Source: Nitrosopumilaceae archaeon
GTDB lineage: Archaea > Thermoproteota > Nitrososphaeria > Nitrososphaerales > Nitrosopumilaceae
Direction: 5' to 3'
DNA: 64,000 nucleotides
Assembly (NCBI GenBank): GCA_965203465.1
Contig: CBDBCR010000001.1
Span: forward strand, 384,001-448,000
Part shown: piece by piece, positions 1 through 9,823 of the stretch
How the letters are laid out: every line of letters begins with the position of its first letter
Position numbering within the stretch: position 1 is the first letter of the stretch
Program-made: the position numbers and the translations under genes
Notes under the pieces: generated by a model
What the model was told of the DNA's origin: nothing
Seen by the model: the letters and a program-made list of their open reading frames with translations, nothing else
Database searches by the model: none

Positions 1-8
1 TGATCGGC

Positions 9-842
9 TTGGGGTACCGGAGCCTCGCGTTCGTGCCCGGAAACAACGCGCGGTTCCTGGAAAAGTCGCGCCTTTTGAACGCCGACATCGTCTGTCTCGA
101 CCTGGAGGATTCCGTGCCGCCGGACCGCAAGGGCGAGGCGCGCCGGATGGCCGGGGCAGAGCTGGGCTCGGGGCACCTCGGGCGGGTGTTCCTGCGAACC
201 AACAGCCCCGACTCGGGGCTGATCGAAAGCGACCTGGAGGCTGCCGGCCCCGGCCTCGACGGCGTCGTGGTGCCCAAGGTCTCGGACTTGGCGCAGCTGG
301 AAGGGGTGTTCCGGATCCTGGAGGCGGCCGAAAGGAGGGCGGGCTTGGAAAAACTCGAGGTGATCCCGTCCGTAGAATCCGCCCGCGGGGTGGCCAACGC
401 GCGCGAGCTGGCCTCGCCGGGGCGCGTGCGCGCCGTGGTCTTTGGCGTCTTTGACTTTCTTGACGACATGGGCATAGAGTACCAAAAGGGCTCGCCGGGC
501 GCCGCGCACGCGCGCGCCCTCGTGCCGCTCGCCGCGCGCGCCGAGGGCAAGTCTGCCATCGACGCCATATGGCAGGATCTGAAGGACGCGCCGGGCCTGG
601 AGAAAGACTGCGCCGAGGGGCGCGCGCTGGGATACGCCGGCAAGAGCGTCATACACCCCGGGCAGCTGGGCGCGGTGCACCGCGCCTTCGGGCCGACGCG
701 AAAAGAGCTCGACTGGGCGCGGCGCGTGCGCTCGGCCTACGAGGAATCGGCCTCGCGGGGGCGCGGCGCCACGGCCATAGACGGCGTCATGATAGACGAG
801 GTGCACTACCGGCGCGCGCGCGACCTGCTAGAATCCGCGTAG
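9..842 (+). CDS. HpcH/HpaI aldolase / citrate lyase beta (CitE-like) family protein
   Basis: RSLAFVPG start, DLEDSV, vvPKV, ES-A-G, GKSVIHPGQ and G-MID motifs typical of CitE; TTG start. Confidence 0.88.
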   Translation: MGYRSLAFVPGNNARFLEKSRLLNADIVCLDLEDSVPPDRKGEARRMAGAELGSGHLGRVFLRTNSPDSGLIESDLEAAGPGLDGVVVPKVSDLAQLEGVFRILEAAERRAGLEKLEVIPSVESARGVANARELASPGRVRAVVFGVFDFLDDMGIEYQKGSPGAAHARALVPLAARAEGKSAIDAIWQDLKDAPGLEKDCAEGRALGYAGKSVIHPGQLGAVHRAFGPTRKELDWARRVRSAYEESASRGRGATAIDGVMIDEVHYRRARDLLESA

Positions 843-1709
843 CCCCTGCGGGCGGACCGTCTCGGGGTGGGATCTGATCCAGGCTATGCGCTCGAGCATC
901 GCCTCCTTGTCGCCCGGCAGGGTCCCGCCGACCGTGTAGGCGTTGGAGCCGTGGTTGGAGCGGAACACGATGCTCCTGTCCGTCTCTATGCCGGCCACCA
1001 GGCCCTCCAGCTCTTCGACGGCCTCCTCGTCGCTTATGCGCTCGAAGGGCTCGCCGTACTTTTCCAGGAACTCGCCCTTTGTGCCGTTCTCCATGTACAG
1101 CGTCAGGGCGCCGACGTAGTCGGGCTTTACGGCGCTGATCACCTCGGCGGTGCCGCGCACGTGCTGCCCCGAGTACTTTTTGCCGCCGAGCCCCAGTATC
1201 ACCATGCACGAGAGCGCGTAGCCGGCCCCGCGGGCCTTTGCGCACGCCCTCACTATGGTGGCAGCGACGGCCCCCTTTGTGACCTTTTTGAGGACGGTGT
1301 CCGAGCCGCTCTCTATCCCGACGTACAGCATGTCCAGGCCCGCCTCCCTCATGCGCTCCAGCTCGGCGGGCGTCTTTTTGAGCAGGTTCATCGGCATGGC
1401 GTAGCACGAGACCCTCTCCAACTGCGCAAAGCTTGCCCGCAGGTGCCGCAGTATCCTGACCATGTACTCCGTGTCCAGGTTGAGCGCGTCGCCGTCGGCG
1501 AGGAAGACGCGCCGGGTGCCGGGGAACGCGCGCGCCATCAGGTCTATCTCGGACTTTACCTGGTCCCACGGGCGCTCGGCGTATTCCTTGGACCTGTACA
1601 TGTCGCAGAACGAGCACTCGTTGAACGAGCAGCCCAGCGTCACCTGGAATATCATGGAGCGCGCCTCGGAGGGGGGGCGGTACAGCGGGTAGTCGTATGC
1701 AAGCTCCAC
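828..1709 (-). CDS. Radical SAM protein (YgiQ-like/B12-independent)
   Basis: YRPPSEA...GCSFNECSFCDMY (CxxxCxxC); GTG start ~25 nt from AT-rich box at 1732-1740. Confidence 0.85.
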   Translation of the reverse strand: MELAYDYPLYRPPSEARSMIFQVTLGCSFNECSFCDMYRSKEYAERPWDQVKSEIDLMARAFPGTRRVFLADGDALNLDTEYMVRILRHLRASFAQLERVSCYAMPMNLLKKTPAELERMREAGLDMLYVGIESGSDTVLKKVTKGAVAATIVRACAKARGAGYALSCMVILGLGGKKYSGQHVRGTAEVISAVKPDYVGALTLYMENGTKGEFLEKYGEPFERISDEEAVEELEGLVAGIETDRSIVFRSNHGSNAYTVGGTLPGDKEAMLERIAWIRSHPETVRPQGLRGF

Positions 1710-1762
1710 GGGCGGCCCCCCGGATCTTGGGATTTTTATGTTTGCCCCCGCAGGCCCGCGCC

Positions 1763-2053
1763 ATGCCGGGCGACCCACACACGCGGCGCCTCATCTGGTT
1801 CGTCTTTGCCGGCTCGCGCGGCGGGCACAACCGGGCCAGGCTGGTCAGGCAGATATCGTCGTCGCCGGCCAACGCCAACCAGCTGGCCGGCGCGCTGGGC
1901 ATAGACTACAAGGCCGTGCAGCACCACCTGCGCGTGCTGGAACGGAACGGCATGGTCGAGCGCGCCGGCGGGAAATACGGCGCGGTGTACTTTCCGTCCG
2001 GCCTGCTCGAGGCCAACATGGAATCGTTCCTGGAATTGGACAAAGGTAAATAA
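1763..2053 (+). CDS. ArsR-family winged-helix transcriptional regulator
   Basis: GSRGGxNRARL..NANQLAGALGIDYKAVQHHLRVLERNG HTH. Confidence 0.85.
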   Translation: MPGDPHTRRLIWFVFAGSRGGHNRARLVRQISSSPANANQLAGALGIDYKAVQHHLRVLERNGMVERAGGKYGAVYFPSGLLEANMESFLELDKGK

Positions 2054-2076
2054 GCGAACCGAGCCGCCTTGCACCC

Positions 2077-2361
2077 ATGGAGCCCACTTCGCTGGTGCTT
2101 TCGGCCGTCTCGATCGCCAACATGGGCGTGCTGGGGGTGCTCATGGCGCTGTTCGGGCGCATGTACTCGCGCACGCGCGCGCAGCTGCCGCTGGGCATGG
2201 TCGTAGTCGCGGCCATGCTGCTGCTGCACAACGCAATCGGGGCCACGGCGTACTTTTCCATGGACGAGCTGTTCTCGCACGACATATTCCCGTACATGCT
2301 CGGAGTCGGCATCGCCGAGCTTGCGGGACTGCTCATATTCCTAAAGATAACGCTGGACTAG
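2077..2361 (+). CDS. Small membrane protein (3 TM)
   Basis: Three hydrophobic segments; genome-typical codon use; follows the ArsR gene. Confidence 0.75.
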   Translation: MEPTSLVLSAVSIANMGVLGVLMALFGRMYSRTRAQLPLGMVVVAAMLLLHNAIGATAYFSMDELFSHDIFPYMLGVGIAELAGLLIFLKITLD

Positions 2362-2394
2362 GGCTTTAAAGGGGGCCCGGCGCGCCGCGCGGGG

Positions 2395-4515
2395 TTGGAC
2401 GTACGGTCGCTGGAGCTGCCGCCGCAGGCGCGGGATCTCCTGGAAAAGCAGGGATACTCAAAGCTGTACCCGCCGCAGGCAAAGGCGGTGCGCGCCGGGT
2501 TGCTGGGCGGCAGGAGCGTCGTGGTCTCGGCGCCGACGGCCAGCGGCAAGACTCTAATCGCTACCATGGCCATGATGGCGCACCTGGAGGGCCGGCCGGG
2601 GAGGGCCGTGTACCTAAGCCCGCTGCGCGCGCTCGCGGCCGAAAAGCGCCGCGAGTTCGACAGGCTTTCGGAGATACCGCTGGGCGGCTCGCACCCGCGC
2701 ACGGCCATATCGACGGGCGACTCGCCGCGCTTCGCGGCCGGCCGGGCGCGCATACTCGTGCTGACCAACGAATCGATGGACGCCTCGCTGAGGGGCAGCG
2801 CCGCCTGGACGCGCGAGATAGGCCTGGTCATAGTCGACGAGGTGCACCTGGTCGGGGATCCAGAGCGCGGGCCCACGCTCGAGACGGTGCTGGCGCGCCT
2901 GGCCCGCATGAGGCCGCGCCCCCAGCTGGTCTGCCTGAGCGCGACGGTCACCAACTCGGCAGAGATAGCAAAGTGGCTGGACTGCAGGCTGGTGAGCAGC
3001 GACTGGAGGCCAGTGCCCCTCTCCGAGGGCGTCTGGGATTCGGGGACCGTCAGGGTGCCCGGGGGCAAAGACTACGAGGTGGACGCGAGCAGGCGCGGGC
3101 CGGCCATAGACGTAGCGCTCGACGCGGTGCGGTCGGGCAGCCAGTCGCTCGTGTTCGCAGAGACGCGCGCCCGCGCGGCCTCGCTTGCGCTAAAGTCGGC
3201 CGACGCGGTCAAAAAGGCGCTCTCCGCAGGCGAGCTGGAAACGCTCGCCGGGGCGGCGCGGCGGCTGCGCGAGGACCCCGAGGCCACCGAGCTTGTCCAC
3301 AGGCTCGCAGACGCGATCTCGTCGGGCGCCGCGTTCCACCACGCCGGCCTGCCCCAGGAATGCAGGGAGACCGTCGAGGACAATTTCCGCGGCGGCGCCA
3401 TAAAGCTAGTCGCCTCGACGCCGACGCTGGCAGCGGGGATCAACCTGCCCGCGCGCAGGGTGGTCATATCCAGCGTGACCCGGTACGATCCGGCCGCCGG
3501 CTACAACAAGCCCATCAGCGTGATGGAGTACAAGCAGCTGTGCGGCAGGGCCGGCAGGCCCCAGTACGACAAGCGAGGAGAATCGGTCATAGTCTCGGGC
3601 GGCTCTGCCACCGCCGACGAGATAGCCGACAGGTACGTGCACGGGGAGCCCGAGCCGGTGGTCTCGCGCATGGCCGCGCCGCGGCCCCTGCGGATACACG
3701 CGCTCTCGCTGATGGTCACCGATCCGGGCATCGGGCGCGAGCAGCTGGGCGAGTTTTTCGCCGGCACGCTGGGCGGCGCGCAGGACGACGGAAGCCTGGA
3801 CCTGACGCTCGATGCGGCCGTCGACTTTTTAGAGTCCGAGGGCCTGGCCGAATCGGGCGACGGGTACCGGGCCACGCGCTTCGGCAGGCTCGCCTCGCGG
3901 CTGTACCTGGATCCGGCCACGGCTGTCAGCATACGCAACGGCCTGGAGGCGTCGCGGCCGGGCAGGTGCGGGTTCGGCCTGCTGCACCTGGTCTCGGAGT
4001 GCCCCGAGTTTTTTCCGCGCATGTACATGCGCGAAAAGGATCTGCCGGAGGCGCAGCTGCTCATAGAGGCGCACAAGTCCGAGATGCTCGAGCCGGTGTA
4101 CGCGGACGGGTGCAACCGCAGCCTGCTGGCGCTGTACAGGTGGATGTCCGAGGAGCCGGCGCGCCAGATATCGCAGGATCTCAAGGTGGAGCTTGGCGAC
4201 ATGCGCCGCATAGCCGAGAGCGCCGAGAGGCTGCTGTTCTGCACCGCGCAGCTGGCGCGCGGCTTCGAGAGGGGCGAGCTGTCCGGCGAGCTGGAGCAGC
4301 TGCGCGCGAGGGCCGCCTACGGCGTGCGCGCCGAGCTGTGCGAGCTGGTGCGGCTGCGCGGGGTCGGGCGCGTGCGCGCGAGGGCGATGTACAGGCGCGG
4401 CCTGCGCACGCTCCGGGACGTGCGCGGTGCCGACGAGGAAAAACTTTCGCGCATAGAGGGGATGGGGCCGGCGACGGCGCGCAGCATAAAGGCGCACCTG
4501 CGGCGGCTGGGCTGA
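2395..4515 (+). CDS. hel308: Hel308/Ski2-like SF2 DNA helicase
   Basis: LYPPQ Q-motif, APTASGKT, DEVH, SAT, FHHAGL, TPTLAAGINLP, QLCGRAGRP, C-terminal HhH. Confidence 0.92.
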   Translation: MDVRSLELPPQARDLLEKQGYSKLYPPQAKAVRAGLLGGRSVVVSAPTASGKTLIATMAMMAHLEGRPGRAVYLSPLRALAAEKRREFDRLSEIPLGGSHPRTAISTGDSPRFAAGRARILVLTNESMDASLRGSAAWTREIGLVIVDEVHLVGDPERGPTLETVLARLARMRPRPQLVCLSATVTNSAEIAKWLDCRLVSSDWRPVPLSEGVWDSGTVRVPGGKDYEVDASRRGPAIDVALDAVRSGSQSLVFAETRARAASLALKSADAVKKALSAGELETLAGAARRLREDPEATELVHRLADAISSGAAFHHAGLPQECRETVEDNFRGGAIKLVASTPTLAAGINLPARRVVISSVTRYDPAAGYNKPISVMEYKQLCGRAGRPQYDKRGESVIVSGGSATADEIADRYVHGEPEPVVSRMAAPRPLRIHALSLMVTDPGIGREQLGEFFAGTLGGAQDDGSLDLTLDAAVDFLESEGLAESGDGYRATRFGRLASRLYLDPATAVSIRNGLEASRPGRCGFGLLHLVSECPEFFPRMYMREKDLPEAQLLIEAHKSEMLEPVYADGCNRSLLALYRWMSEEPARQISQDLKVELGDMRRIAESAERLLFCTAQLARGFERGELSGELEQLRARAAYGVRAELCELVRLRGVGRVRARAMYRRGLRTLRDVRGADEEKLSRIEGMGPATARSIKAHLRRLG

Positions 4516-5508
4516 TTGCTGGAAATACTGGCCGCCTCGGCCGCCTCGCTCGCGGTCTCGCTGGCCGCCACGCCGCCCCTGATCCGGGCGCTGCGCAGGC
4601 GCGGCAGCACGGCGCCAGACCTGCACAAGCCGGGCAGGCCGCAGGTGGCCTCGCCTGGCGGGCCCGCGCTGCTCGCCGGGATCGCGGCTGGCCTGTGCGC
4701 GGCGTACCTGTTTTCGCCCGGCCCCGATCTCCTGGCGGTGCTGCTCACGGCGGCGGCCGGCTTCGCGGTGGGGTACGTAGACGACCGGAAGGTCACGCCC
4801 GGCTGGTTCAAGCCGGCGGCCCTGGCGGGGGCGGCCGCGCCGCTGCTGCTGCTAGGCGCATACGATCACTCGCTGGCCTTCCCGCTGTTCGGCCCGGTGA
4901 GCATACCGGTACTGTACGCCGGCGTGGCCGTCGCGGCGGTCTCGGTGAGCGGCAACACCGTCAATTCCATAGACATATTCAACGGGCTGGCGAGCGGGTT
5001 CGTCGCCATAGCCGGCGCGGCCCTGACGGCCGGCATACTGGTAGTAGAATCGCTGGGCCCCTCGCCCGAGTACGGGGCCGCCGCGGCCGGCGCGGCGCTC
5101 ACGTTCGCCGCGCTGGGCTTCCGCAGGTACCACCGCTTCCCCAGCTCGGTGTTCCCGGGCAACTCGGGGGCGCTGGCACTCGGCGCCGCCTACGGGGCGG
5201 TGGCCGTCGCCGGCGGGGCCGAGGTGATAGCCGCCGTCGCGGCGCTGCCCGCCGTACTAAACTCGTTCCTGTACCTCGCGAGCGTGCGCCGGCTGGCCGA
5301 GCACCGCGACGTGGCGAGGCCCGTGCGCCTCGGCCAGGATTCAAAGCTGCACGATACGCGCGACGCGCTCGCGCCCATGACGCTCGCGCGCCTGATACTG
5401 TCGAGACGCCCCATGGGCGAAAAAGAGGCCGCCGGGGCCATACTGCGCCTGGCCGCGTTTTCGGGCGCGCTTGCCGTGATCACGGCCCTGCTGCAGGGGA
5501 TGACATGA
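4516..5508 (+). CDS. UDP-GlcNAc:dolichyl-phosphate GlcNAc-1-P transferase (GT4/MraY-like, AglH type)
   Basis: DLHKP, G-VDD, NxxNSIDIFNGL, VFPGNSG motifs; multi-TM. Confidence 0.85.
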   Translation: MLEILAASAASLAVSLAATPPLIRALRRRGSTAPDLHKPGRPQVASPGGPALLAGIAAGLCAAYLFSPGPDLLAVLLTAAAGFAVGYVDDRKVTPGWFKPAALAGAAAPLLLLGAYDHSLAFPLFGPVSIPVLYAGVAVAAVSVSGNTVNSIDIFNGLASGFVAIAGAALTAGILVVESLGPSPEYGAAAAGAALTFAALGFRRYHRFPSSVFPGNSGALALGAAYGAVAVAGGAEVIAAVAALPAVLNSFLYLASVRRLAEHRDVARPVRLGQDSKLHDTRDALAPMTLARLILSRRPMGEKEAAGAILRLAAFSGALAVITALLQGMT

Positions 5509-5708
5509 TCCGCATCTACGGCATGATAACGGCCATGTGGGCATCGATAGTCTCGGGCGGCGCGCTGCTAGTGCTCGGGCTCGGGCCGCTCTCGCTTCCG
5601 GGCGGGGCCCTGCCCACCTCGGCGGTGCAGGCGGCCTGCGCCGTCGGGCTGGTCTCGGCGTGGGCCGCGATCTTTTACTCGCTGGCCAGACGGCTCTACG
5701 GGGCCTGA
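5505..5708 (+). CDS. Small membrane protein (2 TM)
   Basis: ATGA overlap with upstream gene; MIRIYGMITAMW... two hydrophobic helices. Confidence 0.6.
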   Translation: MIRIYGMITAMWASIVSGGALLVLGLGPLSLPGGALPTSAVQAACAVGLVSAWAAIFYSLARRLYGA

Positions 5709-5733
5709 TCCGGGGCGCTTCAACGCGTTTTTG

Positions 5734-6228
5734 TCATTCCGGGCGCGCTTCCGGATCCCCCGCGGCCCACGCCTCCCGCTTCCGGTCGTACTGCGCGCGC
5801 GACATGACGCGCCGCGCGGGCGAGCCGGACACCACTTCTTCGGCCCCCACGTCGCGCGTCACGACCGCCCCCATGGCCACGACGGCGCGCTCGCCTATGC
5901 GGACGCCGGCCCCGACCGTCGCGTTGGCGCCGATGACGGCCCCGTCGCCGGCGCGCGCGCCGGACAGCCTGCCCGACGGCGGGTACGGATCGTTTGCGAA
6001 CACGGCGCCGGGCCCCACGAACACGCCGCGGCCGATGCGGGTCAGCGGCGCCACGTACGCGAGGGCGCCTATCCGGGAATCTTTTCCCACCACCGCGTCG
6101 CGGTCGACGTGCGCGAGCGCGCCCACCGAGGCGCCGTCCATCACGCGGGCGCGCGCGCCCACGTACGCAGAGTGCCACACGCGCGCGCCTTCCGAGACCG
6201 ACGCGCCCTCTTCTATCACAGGTGCCAC
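5734..6228 (-). CDS. Hexapeptide-repeat N-acetyltransferase (WbpD-like)
   Basis: Left-handed beta-helix repeats, FANDPYP, IGANAT, GAVVTRDV, GSPAR. Confidence 0.85.
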   Translation of the reverse strand: MAPVIEEGASVSEGARVWHSAYVGARARVMDGASVGALAHVDRDAVVGKDSRIGALAYVAPLTRIGRGVFVGPGAVFANDPYPPSGRLSGARAGDGAVIGANATVGAGVRIGERAVVAMGAVVTRDVGAEEVVSGSPARRVMSRAQYDRKREAWAAGDPEARPE

Positions 6229-6467
6229 GGCCTGGCCTGCAGCCTTATCTTGTCGGGCAGCTCTGCGTGCTCTCTGAGGAACTCCAGCTCTTGGCCCTTT
6301 TCGCGCAGATCGTCGGGCAGCATGACGGGTATGCCGTCGGTTATCATGAAGAACCTGGTGCATTCGGTGCAGTACAGCGCCCCGGTGTCCCCGCCGCCGC
6401 CGTGCAACTCTAGCGGGTGGTGCTTGTCCGACGGGCACGCGAGCACGTCTAGCAGCTTTGGGTCCAT
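6216..6467 (-). CDS. Trm112-family methyltransferase activator
   Basis: LLDVLACP...LYCTEC.RFF.I.DGIPVMLPD. Confidence 0.88.
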   Translation of the reverse strand: MDPKLLDVLACPSDKHHPLELHGGGGDTGALYCTECTRFFMITDGIPVMLPDDLREKGQELEFLREHAELPDKIRLQARPWHL

Positions 6468-7387
6468 CACGGCTCCATGTAGACGGGCACCCCGTCCCTC
6501 GCGGACGCCAGCGCGGCCTCGGCTACCCTCGACACGCCCACGGCCTGGCCCGGCTCCACTATTAACTTTGACCTGTCCCGGACGGCTTCTGCAAAGTTGA
6601 GCAGCTCCTCCCTGAGTGGCTCGCGCCTGGATACGGGGGGCGCCTCGGCGCCCTGTGCGCTGATCTCCTGCGTCAGAAAGTCCGCCGAGACGACCGCCTC
6701 GGTAAAGACCGCGTCGAACCGCCTGATGCGCGCCGGCGTTATCCAGTTTGCAGATATGGCCGCTGCCCGCCCGCCGCCGAACCCCAGCATCACGGAGGCA
6801 AAGTCGTCCCTGCCGCCGCCGGAGCTGCCGGCCCTCGCGAAGACCACCTCGGGAAAGCTGCCGAACAGCCAGATGGCCGTGTCGATGTCGTGGACCGCCG
6901 CCTCGTGTATTATGCCCACGTCGTCGGCGCGCGCCGGCCTGCGGTTCTGCCGGTGGAACTCGAGCACGAAGAGGCGGCCCAGCGAACCGTCCTCGGCCGC
7001 GCGCTTTACGGCCCGCACGGCGGGGTTGAACCTCTCTATGTAGCCTGCCGTCATGACGGTCTTTTTCCTGGCGGCCATGCCGGCCAGCCGCTCGGCCGCG
7101 CCCGGCTCGGGGCCGACCGGCTTTTCGACCAGCACGTGCTTGCCGGCCCCGATGAGCTCGCCGGCGACCCGCTCGTGCGAGGGCGTCGGCGTGCAGACCA
7201 CCGCGGCGTCGAACTCCGAGCCGAGCAGCTCTTTTACGGAGCCGAAAGCGGGCACCGAGTACGCGGCGGCGCACCCCGCGGCTCTGTCCCGGTCGGCGTC
7301 GCACACCGCGCACAGCTGGCCGGTCTCGTGGAGCACGCGCGCGTGGTTCTTGCCCCAGCCGCCGGCGCCGACCAGGGCCGTCCTCAA
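6467..7387 (-). CDS. Gfo/Idh/MocA oxidoreductase (WbpB-like)
   Basis: GAGGWGKNH Rossmann, HVLVEKP, ERFNP, HDID; TTGA overlap with ilvE stop. Confidence 0.88.
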   Translation of the reverse strand: MRTALVGAGGWGKNHARVLHETGQLCAVCDADRDRAAGCAAAYSVPAFGSVKELLGSEFDAAVVCTPTPSHERVAGELIGAGKHVLVEKPVGPEPGAAERLAGMAARKKTVMTAGYIERFNPAVRAVKRAAEDGSLGRLFVLEFHRQNRRPARADDVGIIHEAAVHDIDTAIWLFGSFPEVVFARAGSSGGGRDDFASVMLGFGGGRAAAISANWITPARIRRFDAVFTEAVVSADFLTQEISAQGAEAPPVSRREPLREELLNFAEAVRDRSKLIVEPGQAVGVSRVAEAALASARDGVPVYMEP

Positions 7388-8271
7388 GCCCGGTACACCG
7401 CCGTGAGCCACTCGGGGTGGCCGCCGCGGCCGGCGACCAGCTCCGAGTACATGCCGGCTATCCTTTCGCACAGCGGCCCGCCGCCGAGCCTGACGCCGTC
7501 CACGGACAGGACGGGCACGATGCCGGTGGCGGTCCCGGTCAAAAACACCTCGTCCGCGGAGTACAGGGCGCTGCGCGGGATCTGCGAGACCGACGCGGGT
7601 ATGCCCGCCTCGGCGGCGAGCTGCAGCACGGTGTCGCGCGTGATGCCTTCGAGGGCCGGCGAGGCCGGCGGCGTGAAGAGCCTGCCGCCCCTGGCCACGA
7701 AGACGTTCTCGCCGGAGGCCTCGCTGACGTTGCCGGACATGTCCAGCAGTATGGCCTCGTCGCAGCCCGCGCGCCGGGCCTCGGCTGCGGCCATCGCCGA
7801 GTTGAGGTAGTTGCCGCCCATCTTTGCCTGCGTCGGCGTCGACCTGTCGGAGAACTTTGCCCACGACGAGACGCACGCCGCTATGCCGCCGCGCGGGTAT
7901 ATCTCGCCCATCTCGAAGGCCATCACCGCGGTGACCACCTTGGCCCCCGACACGTCCAGCTTTATGCCGTGCTCGCCGGCAAAGCAGAACGGCCTGACGT
8001 ACGAGTCGCCGCGCAGCCCGTTGGCGCGGCACACCTCGAGCGCGGCCTCTGCCAGCTGCGAGTCGTCGTAGCCGTATTCGAGCCCGTAGGTGCGCGCCGA
8101 CCTGCGCAGGCGCGCGAGGTGGTCTGCCAGCCTGAACACGAGCAGGTCGCCGCCGGCCGCGTACGCGCGCACGCCCTCGAAGGCCGACGTCCCGTAGTGT
8201 ATGGCGTGCGTCGTTATCGGCACGCGCGCCTCGGAGTCGGGCATCGTCCTGCCGTCCATCCAGACGATCAC
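7384..8271 (-). CDS. ilvE: Branched-chain amino acid aminotransferase
   Basis: HYGTSAFEG, FRLADH, K-GGNY, EASGEN, LEGITR, EVFLTGT. Confidence 0.93.
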   Translation of the reverse strand: MIVWMDGRTMPDSEARVPITTHAIHYGTSAFEGVRAYAAGGDLLVFRLADHLARLRRSARTYGLEYGYDDSQLAEAALEVCRANGLRGDSYVRPFCFAGEHGIKLDVSGAKVVTAVMAFEMGEIYPRGGIAACVSSWAKFSDRSTPTQAKMGGNYLNSAMAAAEARRAGCDEAILLDMSGNVSEASGENVFVARGGRLFTPPASPALEGITRDTVLQLAAEAGIPASVSQIPRSALYSADEVFLTGTATGIVPVLSVDGVRLGGGPLCERIAGMYSELVAGRGGHPEWLTAVYRA

Positions 8272-8302
8272 GCGCGCGCTTTCCGCGCGGCGTAAATTAA
8301 CC

Positions 8303-8899
8303 TTAGTACCCCTCGCGCGGGAACTTCATGCCGAGCACCCGCACGGACGAGTCGGGCGCGCCGGCGAAGCGCTCGACCGTCGCCCACTCGCGCTCTACTA
8401 CGCGGGCCGCGCCGCCGGGCACCAGCGACTTCCAGTCCGATTCCAGCCCCCGGGCGGCCCGGTACATCTGCTCCCTCGCCGAGGTGGCCGAGATCTCCTT
8501 CCTCGCGCCGATGCGCGGCCTCAGGCCGTACGCCTTGAGCGCCAGCCACTCGGCCCTGTCGCCGGTGTACGTGTAGTAGTCTTTCCCGACGCCGCGCAGT
8601 ATGTTTTTTTTCAGCGCCCACGAGCGCGCCGAGATCAGCGGCGGCAGGTACCCGCGGAACGGCGCGTGGAACGCGTAGTCGCCGGTCACCTCGACGCCGT
8701 CGAACTCGGATTCCACCATCTCCCTGCGCTGCCCGAGCGTGAACGGAAAGCTGCGGCTGTTGACCTCCCTGCCGCCGTCGTAAAAGACGACCGGCATCAC
8801 CTTGACCCTGCCCGATTCGCGCAGCTCGCGTATTATCTGCGCGTGGGCCAGCGTGAGCGGGTTCAGGTGGGCGAGGTACAGGGCGGCGGGCAACGTCAA
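8303..8899 (-). CDS. Cytidylyltransferase-like (HIGH superfamily) nucleotidyltransferase
   Basis: YLAHLNPLTLAH (HxxH), PFT..QR..M, ISATSAR. Confidence 0.72.
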   Translation of the reverse strand: MTLPAALYLAHLNPLTLAHAQIIRELRESGRVKVMPVVFYDGGREVNSRSFPFTLGQRREMVESEFDGVEVTGDYAFHAPFRGYLPPLISARSWALKKNILRGVGKDYYTYTGDRAEWLALKAYGLRPRIGARKEISATSAREQMYRAARGLESDWKSLVPGGAARVVEREWATVERFAGAPDSSVRVLGMKFPREGY

Positions 8900-9738
8900 C
8901 CGTACGATTCGAACTTTACCTCGAAACTGCCGTCCGCGCGCTTTTCCTTCTCCGGGACGAAGCCCTTGGGCTTGAGGGCCTCCATCACGCCGTCGATCGT
9001 CCCCTGCCAGCCGCACACGTAGAACACGGTGTTGTCCTTTGTGATCTCCTCGCCGACCAGCTCTTCGAGCGCCGACCTGCCCCCCTCCTTGGGCTTCAGG
9101 AACGACTCCACGCGGCCGACCTGGCCCGACCAGCCCCTGTTGAACCACTCTTTGGGCCTGCTTATGGCTGCCCTGTACCTGAAATTCCACTCTTCCCTGC
9201 CCCTGTTCTGGCTCTCGACCTCCAGATCAGAGAGCAGCCCCTTGTAGGAGAGCTCGTCTACGTAGCTTGCCCCGTGCAGCACCACTATCTCCCTCTTGTC
9301 CTTCGCCGCGTGCAGGTGCTGGGCGAAACTGGCGAACGGGGCGAGGCCCGTCCCGCCGCCGACGCACACTATCCGGCGAGCGTCCGGCGAGCCGTCGGGC
9401 ATCGTCTCGCTTATGTCCAGCGCGCTGCCGGCCGGCGCTATCCATCTTATCTTGTCTCCCTCTTTTGCGCTGAACAGCTGCGTGGTGAACCTGCCGGGCA
9501 GGGGCTTGCGCACCCAGCGCACTAGCAGCTCTATGTACTTGCGGTTCTCCGGGTGCGAGGCTATCGAGTAGGCGCGCCTGACGGTCTTGCCGTCCTCGGG
9601 GTTGGGCAGCCCCACCGTGATGAACTGGCCCGCGCGGAACTGCGGAACCTCCTCGCCGTCGGGCACGATCCTGAATATCCCGAGATCCTCCTTTAGGGTC
9701 TGTATGTATGTGATCGTGGCCTCCTTGTCCTCAACCAA
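8896..9738 (-). CDS. fpr: Ferredoxin-NADP+ reductase
   Basis: F.AGQF, RRAYSIAS, GGTGLAPF, YVCG, C-terminal ESYG. Confidence 0.9.
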   Translation of the reverse strand: MVEDKEATITYIQTLKEDLGIFRIVPDGEEVPQFRAGQFITVGLPNPEDGKTVRRAYSIASHPENRKYIELLVRWVRKPLPGRFTTQLFSAKEGDKIRWIAPAGSALDISETMPDGSPDARRIVCVGGGTGLAPFASFAQHLHAAKDKREIVVLHGASYVDELSYKGLLSDLEVESQNRGREEWNFRYRAAISRPKEWFNRGWSGQVGRVESFLKPKEGGRSALEELVGEEITKDNTVFYVCGWQGTIDGVMEALKPKGFVPEKEKRADGSFEVKFESYG

Positions 9739-9823
9739 CCACGCCGCCCCGCCGGCAGGCGTTAAATATCTTGTGAGGTCCGCGCCGTTTTTTGCGATCT
9801 TGGAACGGCAGAGGCCGCGCCGC

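Noticed and set aside
2973-5504. Long Arg/Gly/Ala-rich ORFs in the track (e.g. 911 aa at 2973, 765 aa at 39751, 722 aa at 23329)
   Set aside because: Shadow frames of real genes in high-GC DNA; only the short 3' ends of some are real genes
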